Both the position numbers and the translations under genes were made by a program. Below, one piece after another: positions 1-10,110 of a DNA stretch of 64,000 nucleotides. Source of the stretch: Cyanobacteriota bacterium (GTDB lineage Bacteria; Cyanobacteriota; Cyanobacteriia; Cyanobacteriales; Nostocaceae); contig JBJOKS010000025.1 in NCBI GenBank assembly GCA_046045965.1, positions 1 through 64,000 of the forward strand, written 5' to 3'. The stretch's first letter is position 1. Each line of letters opens with the position of its first letter. The notes under the pieces were generated by a model. That model searched no databases and had not been told where the DNA came from. It saw only the letters and a list, made by a program, of their open reading frames with translations.

Positions 1-287
1 TTAACTCAGAGGAAAGTGAAAAATGGTTGCGAACAAGCATCATGCTCATATTACCAGATGTAGCTAATTTACCAGGAACTTGGCATCATTGTTTAGTAGC
101 TTTTAGCAAAGATAAATTACCTTTAATTGGTAAAATTCCTGAATTTGAACACATTCATATTTTCTCTGGTTTTACCAGTCCTTTTGTTTTTGTTCCACCT
201 TTAGCACAACGCTTTGCTAAATTTTTATCTACTCAGGAAGATGAAATTATTAATCAATTGGTAATTGGTAATAGGGAATTAGGTTAA
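1..287 (+). CDS. C-terminal part of an FAD-dependent oxidoreductase (DAO/glycine oxidase-like), 5' truncated by the window
   Basis: Frame is open from the window edge. CLVAFSKDKLPLIGKIP..IHIFSGFTSPFVFVPPLAQRFA resembles a DAO-family C-terminus. Confidence 0.65.
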   Translation, partial: NSEESEKWLRTSIMLILPDVANLPGTWHHCLVAFSKDKLPLIGKIPEFEHIHIFSGFTSPFVFVPPLAQRFAKFLSTQEDEIINQLVIGNRELG

Positions 288-321
288 TAATTTTATCCCT
301 ATCTTCCCTGTCATCGTTCAA

Positions 322-1029
322 CTATTCCCTGTCTGAACTTATTAGGTTAGCGGCCTCTTGTAAAAGCTGCTTTTGTTCCTCGTGAATTAATTCTAAACGA
401 TGGGAAATTTCTGCTAATCTGTGTTTTTTATCTTCAGCAATTATCCTATCTACATTATCTACTTTTGTTAAATTAGAAATAGTATCATCTTTGTGATTCA
501 TTGTAATTGCTTGTTTTCCCTTGACTAATTTAGTAAATGATACAAAACTAGCTGTGATTAAAACCTGTAATAACTTGAATGGAGCTTTTAATATTGACCA
601 ACTAGCGGTTTCAATTAAACGGACAATTCCTTTAATGATGCTCCAAAGTAAAGCAATGATAAACAAGAAAATAACTACACTGATAATTGGGTGATTAACA
701 GACCAACTGAGTATTTGCGAAAACCGTAAAAATGTTGGGTGTTGTGTCACTAAATTTTCGATATAACTAGTAATAGCATTTTCAATTGCGGCTGATGTGG
801 TATTTTTAACTTCTGTAACTGTTTGCCAGCTATTTTCTAAAGAACCTTGAACCTGATCTAAGGTGTTTGTTACAGTATTAATTGCCTTATCAGTGGTTTC
901 CTCTGCTGTCTCCTTTAAAGACCGCTCAAATTGTTGACCTGATTTCGTCCAGGAGTTAACATTATCTTTCACTGTTTGCCAGCTTTTATCAACAGTTTTA
1001 GCCAGGTTTATATTGATGAGAATTTCCAT
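322..1029 (-). CDS. Hypothetical membrane protein with coiled-coil ends
   Basis: 235-aa ORF with a central hydrophobic segment (PIISVVIFLFIIALLWSII) and helical repeats. Confidence 0.7.
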   Translation of the reverse strand: MEILININLAKTVDKSWQTVKDNVNSWTKSGQQFERSLKETAEETTDKAINTVTNTLDQVQGSLENSWQTVTEVKNTTSAAIENAITSYIENLVTQHPTFLRFSQILSWSVNHPIISVVIFLFIIALLWSIIKGIVRLIETASWSILKAPFKLLQVLITASFVSFTKLVKGKQAITMNHKDDTISNLTKVDNVDRIIAEDKKHRLAEISHRLELIHEEQKQLLQEAANLISSDRE

Positions 1030-1118
1030 ATAGCAAACTTATTTGATTTACGAAAATACAAAGGTGCAGATTCCCAACTTCTTTGAGAAATCAGTAATTT
1101 TGTAAATTAGAAAACAGT

Positions 1119-2879
1119 TTATTGAAGATAAAGCGATTGTGTTGTTAATGGAGGAACTAGGTTGTGATCAAAACTGATTTCTGTTTTTGTTTTTTGCAGC
1201 CAATCTTCGATAAGATAGGGTGGCATTGCCTGAGAAAATAAATAGCCTTGTCCATATTTGCAACCAAGCGATCGCAAAACCTGCATCTGTGAAATTGTTT
1301 CCACACCTTCAGCAACTACATCTAAACCAAGTGTATCTGCTAAAGTCATAATTGCTTCCACAATGCCTAAATTTTTTTCATCTTCCATGCGCGATATAAA
1401 AGAGCGATCAATTTTTAAAATATCAATAGGCAAATCTCGTAAATAAGATAGTGAAGAATAACCAGTACCAAAATCATCAATACAAATTCGAATACCTGCG
1501 GCGCGAAACTCCTGTAAACAATTAATAATTGTTGGTGTATTATTCATTAATGTACTTTCTGTAATTTCTAACTTGAGAGTGACATGATGCAAACCCAGAT
1601 GCTGATATTGATTAATAATGCTAGGAACTACTCCCGGTTCATTCAATTGTACACCTGACACATTTACTGCCAAACTCAGCGGTAGATGATCCAAAAACTG
1701 ATCTTCCCAAATAGTCAGCTGACGACAAGCTGTTTTTAAAATTGACTCACCCAGGGGAATAATTAACCCAGTTTGTTCTGCTAAAGGAATAAATTTAGCT
1801 GGTGAAATCCATCCCTGTTGGGGATGTTTCCAACGAATTAAAGCTTCAAATCCCGCCACTTGATAAATATTTAAGTCCACAATTGGCTGATAAAAAAGTT
1901 CTAATTGCTGATCACTGATTGCTTGTCTAAGTTCAGTTTCCATCTGCAATCGCTCTAAAGCTCTAGTCTGCATACTGTTTTTGTAGACAACAGTGGGATA
2001 TTGTAATCCCTGTTCCTTAGCATTGTAATTGGCAATTTCCGCCGCCCGTAAAAACTCTTCTGGTTCATGAAAATTAGCTTGAGAGTCTACTATCCCAATT
2101 GTAATTGAGGCATAAATTACAAAACCTTCTAGCTCAAACGGCGGATCTATCAGTTGATGCAGTTCTGTTGTGATAGTTTCTATCTCATCTATATGATGAA
2201 GATTAGTGAGGATTAACGCAAATTCATCCTTGCCAATTCTGGCTAAAAAGTCACCAGAATTTAAGTTTGTTTGTAGACGTTTTCCTACTTCAATTAATAG
2301 TTGTTCACTTTTAAGATGCCCAAAACCATATTTAATTTGGCGATACTGATCAATATCTATAAACACTACTGCAAATTTAACAGTATTATCTATATTTTTT
2401 TGCAGAACATTTAGGAAAGCATGGCGATTAGGTAAGCAGGTTAGTTCATCATAAAATGCTAAAAATTGTACCTTTTCCAATGCTTGTTTGCGTTCACATC
2501 TTACCTTAGCTTCTCGCAATTCCCTTTCTATTGCTGGAGCCAGTCTGGTTAAATTATGCTTGAGTAAATAATCATGAGCGCCATTTCTCATTAACTGAAC
2601 TGCTATTTCTTCACCAATAGAACCGGATACCACAATAAAAGGAGTATCTAATTTCCGTTGTTTAAATAAATCAAGAGCAGCCACAGCACTAAATTGCGGC
2701 ATTGAATAGTCTGTTAAAATCACATCCCATCTTTGAGAGTCCAGAGCAGCAGCCATTGCTTGAGCAGTATCAACTTGTTTGTAAACTACTTGATAATTTG
2801 CTGCTTCTAGTTCCAAGACTAATAATTCAGCATCATCTAAGTTGTCTTCAACAATGAGAATCTTGAGTTGAGATTTCAT
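1119..2879 (-). CDS. REC-GGDEF-EAL response regulator, likely a c-di-GMP phosphodiesterase
   Basis: Receiver domain (ILIVED..DYSMP), degenerate GKDEF motif, and intact FEALIRW, DDFGTGYSS and AEGVE motifs. Confidence 0.92.
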   Translation of the reverse strand: MKSQLKILIVEDNLDDAELLVLELEAANYQVVYKQVDTAQAMAAALDSQRWDVILTDYSMPQFSAVAALDLFKQRKLDTPFIVVSGSIGEEIAVQLMRNGAHDYLLKHNLTRLAPAIERELREAKVRCERKQALEKVQFLAFYDELTCLPNRHAFLNVLQKNIDNTVKFAVVFIDIDQYRQIKYGFGHLKSEQLLIEVGKRLQTNLNSGDFLARIGKDEFALILTNLHHIDEIETITTELHQLIDPPFELEGFVIYASITIGIVDSQANFHEPEEFLRAAEIANYNAKEQGLQYPTVVYKNSMQTRALERLQMETELRQAISDQQLELFYQPIVDLNIYQVAGFEALIRWKHPQQGWISPAKFIPLAEQTGLIIPLGESILKTACRQLTIWEDQFLDHLPLSLAVNVSGVQLNEPGVVPSIINQYQHLGLHHVTLKLEITESTLMNNTPTIINCLQEFRAAGIRICIDDFGTGYSSLSYLRDLPIDILKIDRSFISRMEDEKNLGIVEAIMTLADTLGLDVVAEGVETISQMQVLRSLGCKYGQGYLFSQAMPPYLIEDWLQKTKTEISFDHNLVPPLTTQSLYLQ

Positions 2880-2893
2880 AAATAAATATTAAG

Positions 2894-3325
2894 TTATTGG
2901 GTTAGGGGAGGAGGACTGTTGAGAACCAACCAATACCTGCCTATCTGTTGCATAGCATTCACAAACTGGTCATAATCCACAGGTTTGCGAATATAACTGT
3001 TACAGCCTAAACCATAGCCTTGTAGTCGATCACTCTCTTCCAGAGAGGTCGTCAGAATCACAATAGGTAACAACTTAGTCCGATCATTAGCTCTAATTTG
3101 CCGAAGAACTTCTAAACCGTTGATACGGGGTAGCTGCAAATCTAGCAAAATTAAATCAGGGAGGGCTTCTAATCTATTTTCTGCAAATAGATAATTTATT
3201 GCTTCAACGCCATCTCTAGCAATTACGACGTTTTCTTGCAGTCCAGTTTGCTCAAATGCAAGCAATGTTAACTCTACATCATCAGGGTTATCCTCAACAA
3301 TTAACAAGGTTGATTTTTGAAGCAT
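2894..3325 (-). CDS. Single-domain response regulator (Rcp1-like)
   Basis: LLIVEDNPDD, LILLDLQLP, ILTTS and YIRKPVD motifs. Confidence 0.92.
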   Translation of the reverse strand: MLQKSTLLIVEDNPDDVELTLLAFEQTGLQENVVIARDGVEAINYLFAENRLEALPDLILLDLQLPRINGLEVLRQIRANDRTKLLPIVILTTSLEESDRLQGYGLGCNSYIRKPVDYDQFVNAMQQIGRYWLVLNSPPPLTQ

Positions 3326-3381
3326 AATGGTTTAAAGACAAATAGTTTACACAAACCATTGTCCCTGTTTTAGCACAACAA

Positions 3382-5865
3382 CTAACTCTGTAAGGTGAAA
3401 TAAAAAGTTGCACCTTCATCAACCACTGCACTTGCCCACACATTACCAGCATGGCGGTGAATAATTCGTTGCACCGTGGCTAAACCAATTCCTGTTCCTG
3501 GAAATTCTTCTACAGTATGAAGACGTTGAAAGGCTTGAAATACCTTGTTTACATAACTTTGATCAAAACCCACTCCATTATCCTTGATCATGTATGTGAT
3601 GTGATCACTTTTTTCGCTTTCAGACTTTAGATAAGTTAATTCAATTGTTGCTTGTGTTTTTTTAGAGGTAAACTTCCAAGCATTATTTAATAAATTTTCC
3701 ATGACAATTCTTAATAGTTGGTAATCACCTTGAACAATCAGATCAGGAGAAATCAGCCATTCTACCTGTCGCTCTGGTTCGCTTTCACCCAGTTGTTGAG
3801 CTATTTCTTGAGCGATCGCACTGAGGTTAACTTGAGTCAGCTGCATTTGGGAGCGGGTGACTCGCGACAGTTGCAGTAAATCATCAATTAGCTCTCCCAT
3901 GCGCTGTGTTCCCGCCCTAATCCTGGTTAAATAGTGTTGACCTCGATCATCTAATTTATTCTGGTAACGTTCTAACAATATCTTACTAAAGCCATCTATA
4001 CCACGTAAAGGAGCACGTAGGTCATGGGAAACTGAGTAAGAAAATGCTTCTAGTTCCTTATTAGCTGCTATCAGATCGGCTGTGCGTTGCTGTACTCGCT
4101 CCTCTAGTTGTTCATTTAGTTGTCGAATTTCCAGTTCTGCTTGTTTGCGATTTGTGATATCAGTACAAGCTCCTATATGACGTAAAATTTGCCCAGATTG
4201 ACTGTAAACAGGAAAAACACGGGCAGAAACCCAGCGAATATCACCATCAGGACGAATGATCCGATATTCTTCTTCCAGAGGTTTTCCCTGAATCAAACGC
4301 TCACAAGCGGCAAAGAAGCGATCGCGATCATCTGGGTGCATGGACTCACTCCAAGAATCGGAGTTTTGGTATGCACTTTCACAACTTTTTCCCCAAATTG
4401 TTTCATAGCCAGGACTGATGTATAGTAACTCGCTTAGATCAGCAGAGTAGATATGAAAGACTTCGTGAATATGTTCGGCTATTTCCCGAAACTTGGCCTC
4501 GCTCTCCCTGAGTGCTACTTGTGTTTCTTTTAAGGATGTAATTTCAGTGATAAATCCTTGAATGGTTTGCGATGATGTTGCTATCCCTTTTTCCCACAGC
4601 CATTTTTCATGACCACATTGAGTCCGAATTCGATACTCTACCTCGTAGGCAGTTTTGTTATCTATAGCTGTTTCAATTGCGGCGAGAATTTTGGGTATAT
4701 CTTTTGGCACAATCAAATCTTGGAATGAGCATTTTTGCTCACTTTGGCATAATTCTTTTTTGCATTCACCGATTATAGAAAAATAGCCATCACTGAGATA
4801 ATCAATTGAAAAATTATGATGAAAACTGCGGGAAAAAACAATTCCTGGTAAAGTATTAATTAGATTCGATAACTGATGACGGCTTTCTCTTAATGCCTGA
4901 TTTGCCAGTTCTAATTGATTTGTCCGCTCTTGTACTTTTATCTCTAAATTATCATAAGATTCTTGTAATGATTGTTGAAGATTTTGATATTTATTGTCTA
5001 TACTATTCAAGTATTTGATGTTCCACCAAACCACTGCACTAAGAATAATAACATTTACAATACCTTGAAGTAAAAATCCTATCTCTATAGGTAGAAAATC
5101 ACTGCGGTAAGCTGATAAAAATAATCCGGAAGTTAAAATTGGTATACCCATCACCAAGGGAAAGATATTACGAGCAATAACTCCTCCCAGATAAGGACTC
5201 ATTACTTCCTGCATCCAGCCATGTTGAGAATTAGCAAGTAAAAACCCTGAACTAAATAATATCAAGGAAATACTTGTATGCAGTGCTATACCAGTAAAAG
5301 GTTCTAAATGATAGAAACTACGAATTTTCAAGACGTAGCCAACTAACGCCAAAATAGCAATCAAAAAACTACCAAAGGCTAAACTTTGAGCGATACTATG
5401 CAACCTATATCGTCCTAAAATTAAGGCTAAACCCAAACAAAAAAAACAGATGGCTGTATTTGGTGCCATGCGTCCAGGATAAGATGTAGCGATCGCATTT
5501 GCTTCTTCTTTAATCAGCAGTTGATCAATTCCTAAGTGAATTTGAAAACCATACTCGATGAGTGTTAGTAAGCCAATCAATATCACCATTACTGCTAATA
5601 TTTGGGAGATTAATTTCAAGTGCAATCTTTTTTTTTGCAGATATTGAGACCACAACCACAAAGACGTACCACCAAACAGAAAACATAAAGCAGTATTTAC
5701 CTTCATGGTTACCAATCCCGGTAAAACACTCTTCAAAAGTGGCAAATCAAATATCCATCCTAATAAAACAATAAATCCAATTAATGCTGTAGTAATACTT
5801 AGTTGATTAGAAAGATTACGATATTGAAAATCAAGTTTTAGATGATCAGTCTGTGTTCTATTCAT
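3382..5865 (-). CDS. Membrane-bound PAS-PAS sensor histidine kinase with a phytochrome-type kinase core
   Basis: Multi-TM N-terminus, two PAS/PAC domains, H-box FSYSVSHDLRAPL, and N/G boxes NLLNNAWKF, DNGVGF and GTGIGL. Confidence 0.92.
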   Translation of the reverse strand: MNRTQTDHLKLDFQYRNLSNQLSITTALIGFIVLLGWIFDLPLLKSVLPGLVTMKVNTALCFLFGGTSLWLWSQYLQKKRLHLKLISQILAVMVILIGLLTLIEYGFQIHLGIDQLLIKEEANAIATSYPGRMAPNTAICFFCLGLALILGRYRLHSIAQSLAFGSFLIAILALVGYVLKIRSFYHLEPFTGIALHTSISLILFSSGFLLANSQHGWMQEVMSPYLGGVIARNIFPLVMGIPILTSGLFLSAYRSDFLPIEIGFLLQGIVNVIILSAVVWWNIKYLNSIDNKYQNLQQSLQESYDNLEIKVQERTNQLELANQALRESRHQLSNLINTLPGIVFSRSFHHNFSIDYLSDGYFSIIGECKKELCQSEQKCSFQDLIVPKDIPKILAAIETAIDNKTAYEVEYRIRTQCGHEKWLWEKGIATSSQTIQGFITEITSLKETQVALRESEAKFREIAEHIHEVFHIYSADLSELLYISPGYETIWGKSCESAYQNSDSWSESMHPDDRDRFFAACERLIQGKPLEEEYRIIRPDGDIRWVSARVFPVYSQSGQILRHIGACTDITNRKQAELEIRQLNEQLEERVQQRTADLIAANKELEAFSYSVSHDLRAPLRGIDGFSKILLERYQNKLDDRGQHYLTRIRAGTQRMGELIDDLLQLSRVTRSQMQLTQVNLSAIAQEIAQQLGESEPERQVEWLISPDLIVQGDYQLLRIVMENLLNNAWKFTSKKTQATIELTYLKSESEKSDHITYMIKDNGVGFDQSYVNKVFQAFQRLHTVEEFPGTGIGLATVQRIIHRHAGNVWASAVVDEGATFYFTLQS

Positions 5866-6108
5866 ACCAATTTAACCTATATCAAGATAGAGGAAAATAT
5901 CTGGATGTCCACTTAATCATATAAATTTTATTTATGCTTTAAGTTTTATGCTTTAAGGTATCAAAACTAATCAAACTATATTAAATTATTAGGAGCAATA
6001 TATCTTTAGCTATAACTACTATCTATCATTAGGTAGATTTTTGGGAAATTATATCATATTTATATTCAATTTTTACAATACCAAAGTTTGAGCTTTTTGA
6101 TCTTGGTT

Positions 6109-6350
6109 CAATACTTTTCGGTTAAGCCCAAAAAATACAGCAGATTTCATTGCTATGAGGTACAAATCATAATAATAAAACTCTTGTGGGGTGGGCCGGG
6201 CAGCCCGCCCATAGTGTACCTCATTACACCGAAAAGTGCTGTATAATCATGTAGGTTGGGTTGACAATAGGACACCCAACATTTACAAGGGTTTGTTGGG
6301 TTTCACTTTGTTCAACCCAACCTACGAAAACTCTTAACCGAACAGTATTG
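6109..6350. mobile_element. MITE with 18-bp TIRs and a 10-bp target duplication, carrying a nested MITE
   Basis: TIRs CAATACTTTTCGGTTAAG (6109) and CTTAACCGAACAGTATTG (ends 6350). Perfect direct repeat GATCTTGGTT at 6099-6108 and 6351-6360. Confidence 0.9.
6138..6241. mobile_element. TA-flanked (IS630/Tc1-type) MITE nested in the 6109-6350 element
   Basis: TA-CAGCAGATTTCATTGCTATGAGGTACA ... TGTACCTCATTACACCGAAAAGTGCTG-TA, 21/27 inverted match, with an internal GC-rich hairpin. Confidence 0.85.
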
Positions 6351-6427
6351 GATCTTGGTTAATTTAAGCAAATTTATGGAATTTAACCAAATTTTAATCA
6401 TAATTTAATTAGAAAATAAAAAATTAA

Positions 6428-6455
6428 GAGATGGGCTTGAAAACAAACTCATCTC
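6428..6455 (-). terminator. Putative terminator hairpin downstream of ilvD
   Basis: GAGATGGG..CTCATCTC stem preceded by an A-run, which is a U-tail on the minus strand. Confidence 0.4.
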
Positions 6456-6488
6456 TGTTAAAAATTAATGACTTGAAATCAGCAAAAA

Positions 6489-8180
6489 CTAATGATCGAA
6501 CAAATCTAAATCTGTAACTGCACCGACACTACTAGAAGCTACAAGTTTGGCATATTTTGCTAAAACGCCTTTGGTGTAACGTGGTGTGGGAGGTTGCCAG
6601 TTAGCACGACGACTAGCTAATTCTGCATCTGATACATTCACTTGTAATAGTCGAGAATTAGCATCAATAGTAATGCTATCACCTTCTTCTACTAAAGCGA
6701 TATTGCCACCCACTGCGGCTTCTGGAGCGACGTGTCCAACTACCATCCCATAAGTACCACCGGAAAAGCGCCCATCAGTAATTAAACCGACAGCATCACC
6801 TAAACCAGCACCAATAATAGCTGAGGTAGGAGCGAGCATTTCTCGCATACCCGGACCACCTTTAGGTCCTTCGTAACGGATGATAATTACATCACCGGCT
6901 TTGATCTTCCCTGCTAAAATTGCATCTAAACAAGATTCTTCAGATTCAAATACTCTTGCCGGTCCAGTAATTACGGGTTTTTTGACTCCTGTAATTTTAG
7001 CAACTGCACCTTCAGTAGCTAGGTTGCCTTTAAGAATTGCCAGGTGTCCTTGAGCATACATCGGGTGATCCCAAGGACGAATCACATCTTGGTTGGGATC
7101 TGGTTCTGCGGGGACATCTGCTAAAACTTCGGCTACAGTTTGTCCTGAAATGGTCAGACAGTCACCATGTAATAAGTCATGAACTAATAGTATTTTCATG
7201 ACTTGGGGAATACCACCAGCTTTGTGTAAGTCTGTGGCCACATATTTACCACTAGGTTTTAAGTCACAGATAACGGGAACACGACCACGAATAGTTTCAA
7301 AATCGTCTAAAGTTAGTTCTACACCAGCTGCACGAGCGATCGCTAAAAAATGTAAAACTGCATTGGTAGAACCACCAACCGCCATAATTACAGATATGGC
7401 ATTTTCGATAGATTTGCGGGTGATAATTTGCCGAGGTAATATCTGCTTACGGATAGCTTCGACTAAGACAAAGGCAGATTTTTCTGTACTGTCGGCTTTT
7501 TCCGCGTCTTCTGCGGCCATTGTCGAAGAATAAGGTAAACTCATCCCCATCGCTTCAAAAGCGGAAGACATGGTGTTAGCTGTGAACATTCCACCACAAG
7601 AACCAGCACCAGGACAAGCACTACGTTCAACTGCTAAAAGTTCACTTTCGTCAATTTTGCCGGCGCTATATTGGCCAACAGCTTCAAAGGAACTGACAAC
7701 GGTTAAATCTTTACCATCATAATGTCCTGGTTTGATAGTGCCACCATAAACAAAGATAGCTGGGATATTCATGCGAGCGATCGCTAACATTGCCCCTGGC
7801 ATATTTTTATCACAACCACCAATAGCCAGCACACCATCCATACTTTGTCCAGTACAGGCGGTTTCAATGGAGTCGGCGATGACTTCCCGCGATACTAGGG
7901 AATATTTCATCCCTTCTGTTCCCATCGAAATACCATCACTAATAGTAATAGTACCGAATATTTGGGGCATTGCACCAGCAGTTTTTACACCGCTTTCTGC
8001 CCTTTGTGCTAATTTGTTAATCCCCATATTACAGGGAGTGATGGTACTGTAACCATTGGCGATACCGACAATGGCTTTGTTAAAATCTTCATCTTGGAAA
8101 CCAACGGCCCGCAGCATAGCGCGATTAGGCGATCGCTGTACCCCTTGAGTTACTACTTTACTTTTTAAATTTTCTGACAT
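6489..8180 (-). CDS. ilvD: Dihydroxy-acid dehydratase
   Basis: [31 protein letters not shown] and TDGRFSGG motifs. Confidence 0.98.
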   Translation of the reverse strand: MSENLKSKVVTQGVQRSPNRAMLRAVGFQDEDFNKAIVGIANGYSTITPCNMGINKLAQRAESGVKTAGAMPQIFGTITISDGISMGTEGMKYSLVSREVIADSIETACTGQSMDGVLAIGGCDKNMPGAMLAIARMNIPAIFVYGGTIKPGHYDGKDLTVVSSFEAVGQYSAGKIDESELLAVERSACPGAGSCGGMFTANTMSSAFEAMGMSLPYSSTMAAEDAEKADSTEKSAFVLVEAIRKQILPRQIITRKSIENAISVIMAVGGSTNAVLHFLAIARAAGVELTLDDFETIRGRVPVICDLKPSGKYVATDLHKAGGIPQVMKILLVHDLLHGDCLTISGQTVAEVLADVPAEPDPNQDVIRPWDHPMYAQGHLAILKGNLATEGAVAKITGVKKPVITGPARVFESEESCLDAILAGKIKAGDVIIIRYEGPKGGPGMREMLAPTSAIIGAGLGDAVGLITDGRFSGGTYGMVVGHVAPEAAVGGNIALVEEGDSITIDANSRLLQVNVSDAELASRRANWQPPTPRYTKGVLAKYAKLVASSSVGAVTDLDLFDH

Positions 8181-8282
8181 TTATGATTGTTCCTTCTATA
8201 CCATGATCGCCATGATGGCGATTTTTGTAGATATTTATTCTCTCAAAAATTAGCCATTAGTTATTAGTCATTAGTCATTAGT

Positions 8283-8387
8283 TATAGCTGTAGCCAGGAT
8301 AGTTAGGACATCATTAATCCTTGAGACTTAGATATAACAAGGCTTTCCCTCCTGCCTCCTGCCCTCTGCCTCCTGCCTCCTGCTATA
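8283..8387. mobile_element. Small TA-ended MITE-like element inserted in a TTAGTCA tandem array
   Basis: Ends TATAGC..GCTATA, internal CCTCCTG repeats, and the TTAGTCA array continues on both sides. Confidence 0.55.
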
Positions 8388-8470
8388 TTAGTCATTAGTC
8401 ATTAGTCATGGGACATTGGGCATTGAGCATTGATATAAATCTTTTCCCCCTGCCTCCTGCCTCCTGCCTC

Positions 8471-9253
8471 CTAAAAGGGCAGAAATTGCAGTAATACTGA
8501 ACCCAGACTACCGACAAAATCCATAAAACTAGGTTTACCTTTGCTGACTTTTTCTGTATAAGGTGTTTTTAGTTCTAAAATAAAAGCTTGTGCTGTTTGT
8601 AAACCTTCAGTATTTTTTTGCTCTTCAAACAGTTTTGCTGCCATTTGGGCATCTTCCAAGGCGCTTCTTCTGTCTAAACTTTGGTAACTAGCTACACCAC
8701 GGGATAAGTACGCACCTGCGTAGTCGGGTTTGAGGGCGATCGCTTGACTAAAATAATCAATTGCCGGTTTGAGGTTGCCTTTTTCTGCTGCTGCTACACC
8801 CCAATTATAGAATTCTTCTGGTTTAGCTATTTGTGAAGGTATCCCTACCGCACCTTGGAAGTTAGTCCCGTTCAGGTTAGCATTGGTCAATTCTACATTC
8901 ATTAAATAGGTATTTCTCAAATCAGCACCCGTGAGATTAGCTCCACTGAGTTTAGCTTCACTTAAGTTTACTCCAAATAAACTCGCACCAGTTAAGTTTG
9001 CACCCCGCAAATCAGCACCACTCAAGTTAGCACGACTGAGGTTAGCACCTGCGAGGTTCGCACCGCTTAAATTAGCTCCTGATAAGTCAGCCATGACTAA
9101 ACCCGCATTGCGTAGGTTACAATTTTGACATTTATTAGTCGCTAATAACTGTTTTATCTCTTCATAATTTGAAGCTTGCGCGGTTACTGGCAAGGTGATG
9201 GTGAGCAAAAATGCTGCTGTGGCAATAATTCGGCTGTTCATAATCAGTTTCAC
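8471..9253 (-). CDS. Exported pentapeptide-repeat protein with C-terminal TPR
   Basis: Signal peptide, CQNCNL motif, A(N/D)LxG repeats, and TPR (AIDYFSQAIALKPDYAGAY). Confidence 0.9.
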   Translation of the reverse strand: MKLIMNSRIIATAAFLLTITLPVTAQASNYEEIKQLLATNKCQNCNLRNAGLVMADLSGANLSGANLAGANLSRANLSGADLRGANLTGASLFGVNLSEAKLSGANLTGADLRNTYLMNVELTNANLNGTNFQGAVGIPSQIAKPEEFYNWGVAAAEKGNLKPAIDYFSQAIALKPDYAGAYLSRGVASYQSLDRRSALEDAQMAAKLFEEQKNTEGLQTAQAFILELKTPYTEKVSKGKPSFMDFVGSLGSVLLQFLPF

Positions 9254-10110
9254 AAGAGAAAGAATTTAGAAGTCAGAAGTCAAAATACTGGTAAAATATT
9301 GAAGCTAATGTAACATATAGGCAATAGGGAAATTCAAAATTCAAAATCCCAAACCTAAGATTCTTCTAACTCTTGACTCCTGACTTCTCGATCTCCTAAC
9401 TCCTTCAGCTATATTACCGATTTGAATCCATCTCTGTAGTTTTGTAACGTTGCGTTAACGTAAAAACTGCATGATTAGGTAAAGGAGTTTGTGCCATTTC
9501 CTTTCTGGCATTAGACCAACCCATCTCTGTAAACAGGCTGAAGCTAAATGTTAGAATAGATGCTAATAATAGTTTTTCCAGCATAAGCTTAACTCCTCAT
9601 AATCACCAAGCAATAACTAAATAGTTTATATATTTGGATTGGGAAATAATTTACTTGACTATAAAGTAACAGCTTATTTAATCTAGTAGCAATGATTTAA
9701 TATTAAAAATATAGTGATCAATATCACAACAGTATTTTCACTGGATGTAGATTTTTTCCATTTTTGGGCATACTTTTTGGCAATAATTCTAAACGAATTT
9801 AGGACACAGAATGCAGAATAAATCGGATTTTGAGCCGATAAGTTGGATATTTTTAAGAGAATCTCCAATCTGTTAATTCCTGATTGGACAATTCTCCTGA
9901 CTTCTGTACGGGTGCGAGCAGAACTCCTACTGACTCCTGAATTCCTACACTCTATCTATAACATCTATAACTAATGACATAAATATAACTTCCTCCAAGG
10001 GATTGATGAAACTGACAGCCAAAAACGTAGTAATAGAGTTATTGCCTTAAAGAGATTCGGAAATATTTTTTTATATTTCTGTTTCTGTTTCTGTTGGAGG
10101 ATTATTAAGT

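Noticed and set aside
1029..1122. Intact MITE abutting the start of the 322-1029 gene
   Set aside because: The left end TATAGCAAAC.. is plausible, but the right end is too decayed to support a call.
9683..9868. Short intergenic ORFs at 9683-9868, 19404-19637 and 32602-32880
   Set aside because: No recognisable motifs or RBS. One is partly built from STRR sequence.
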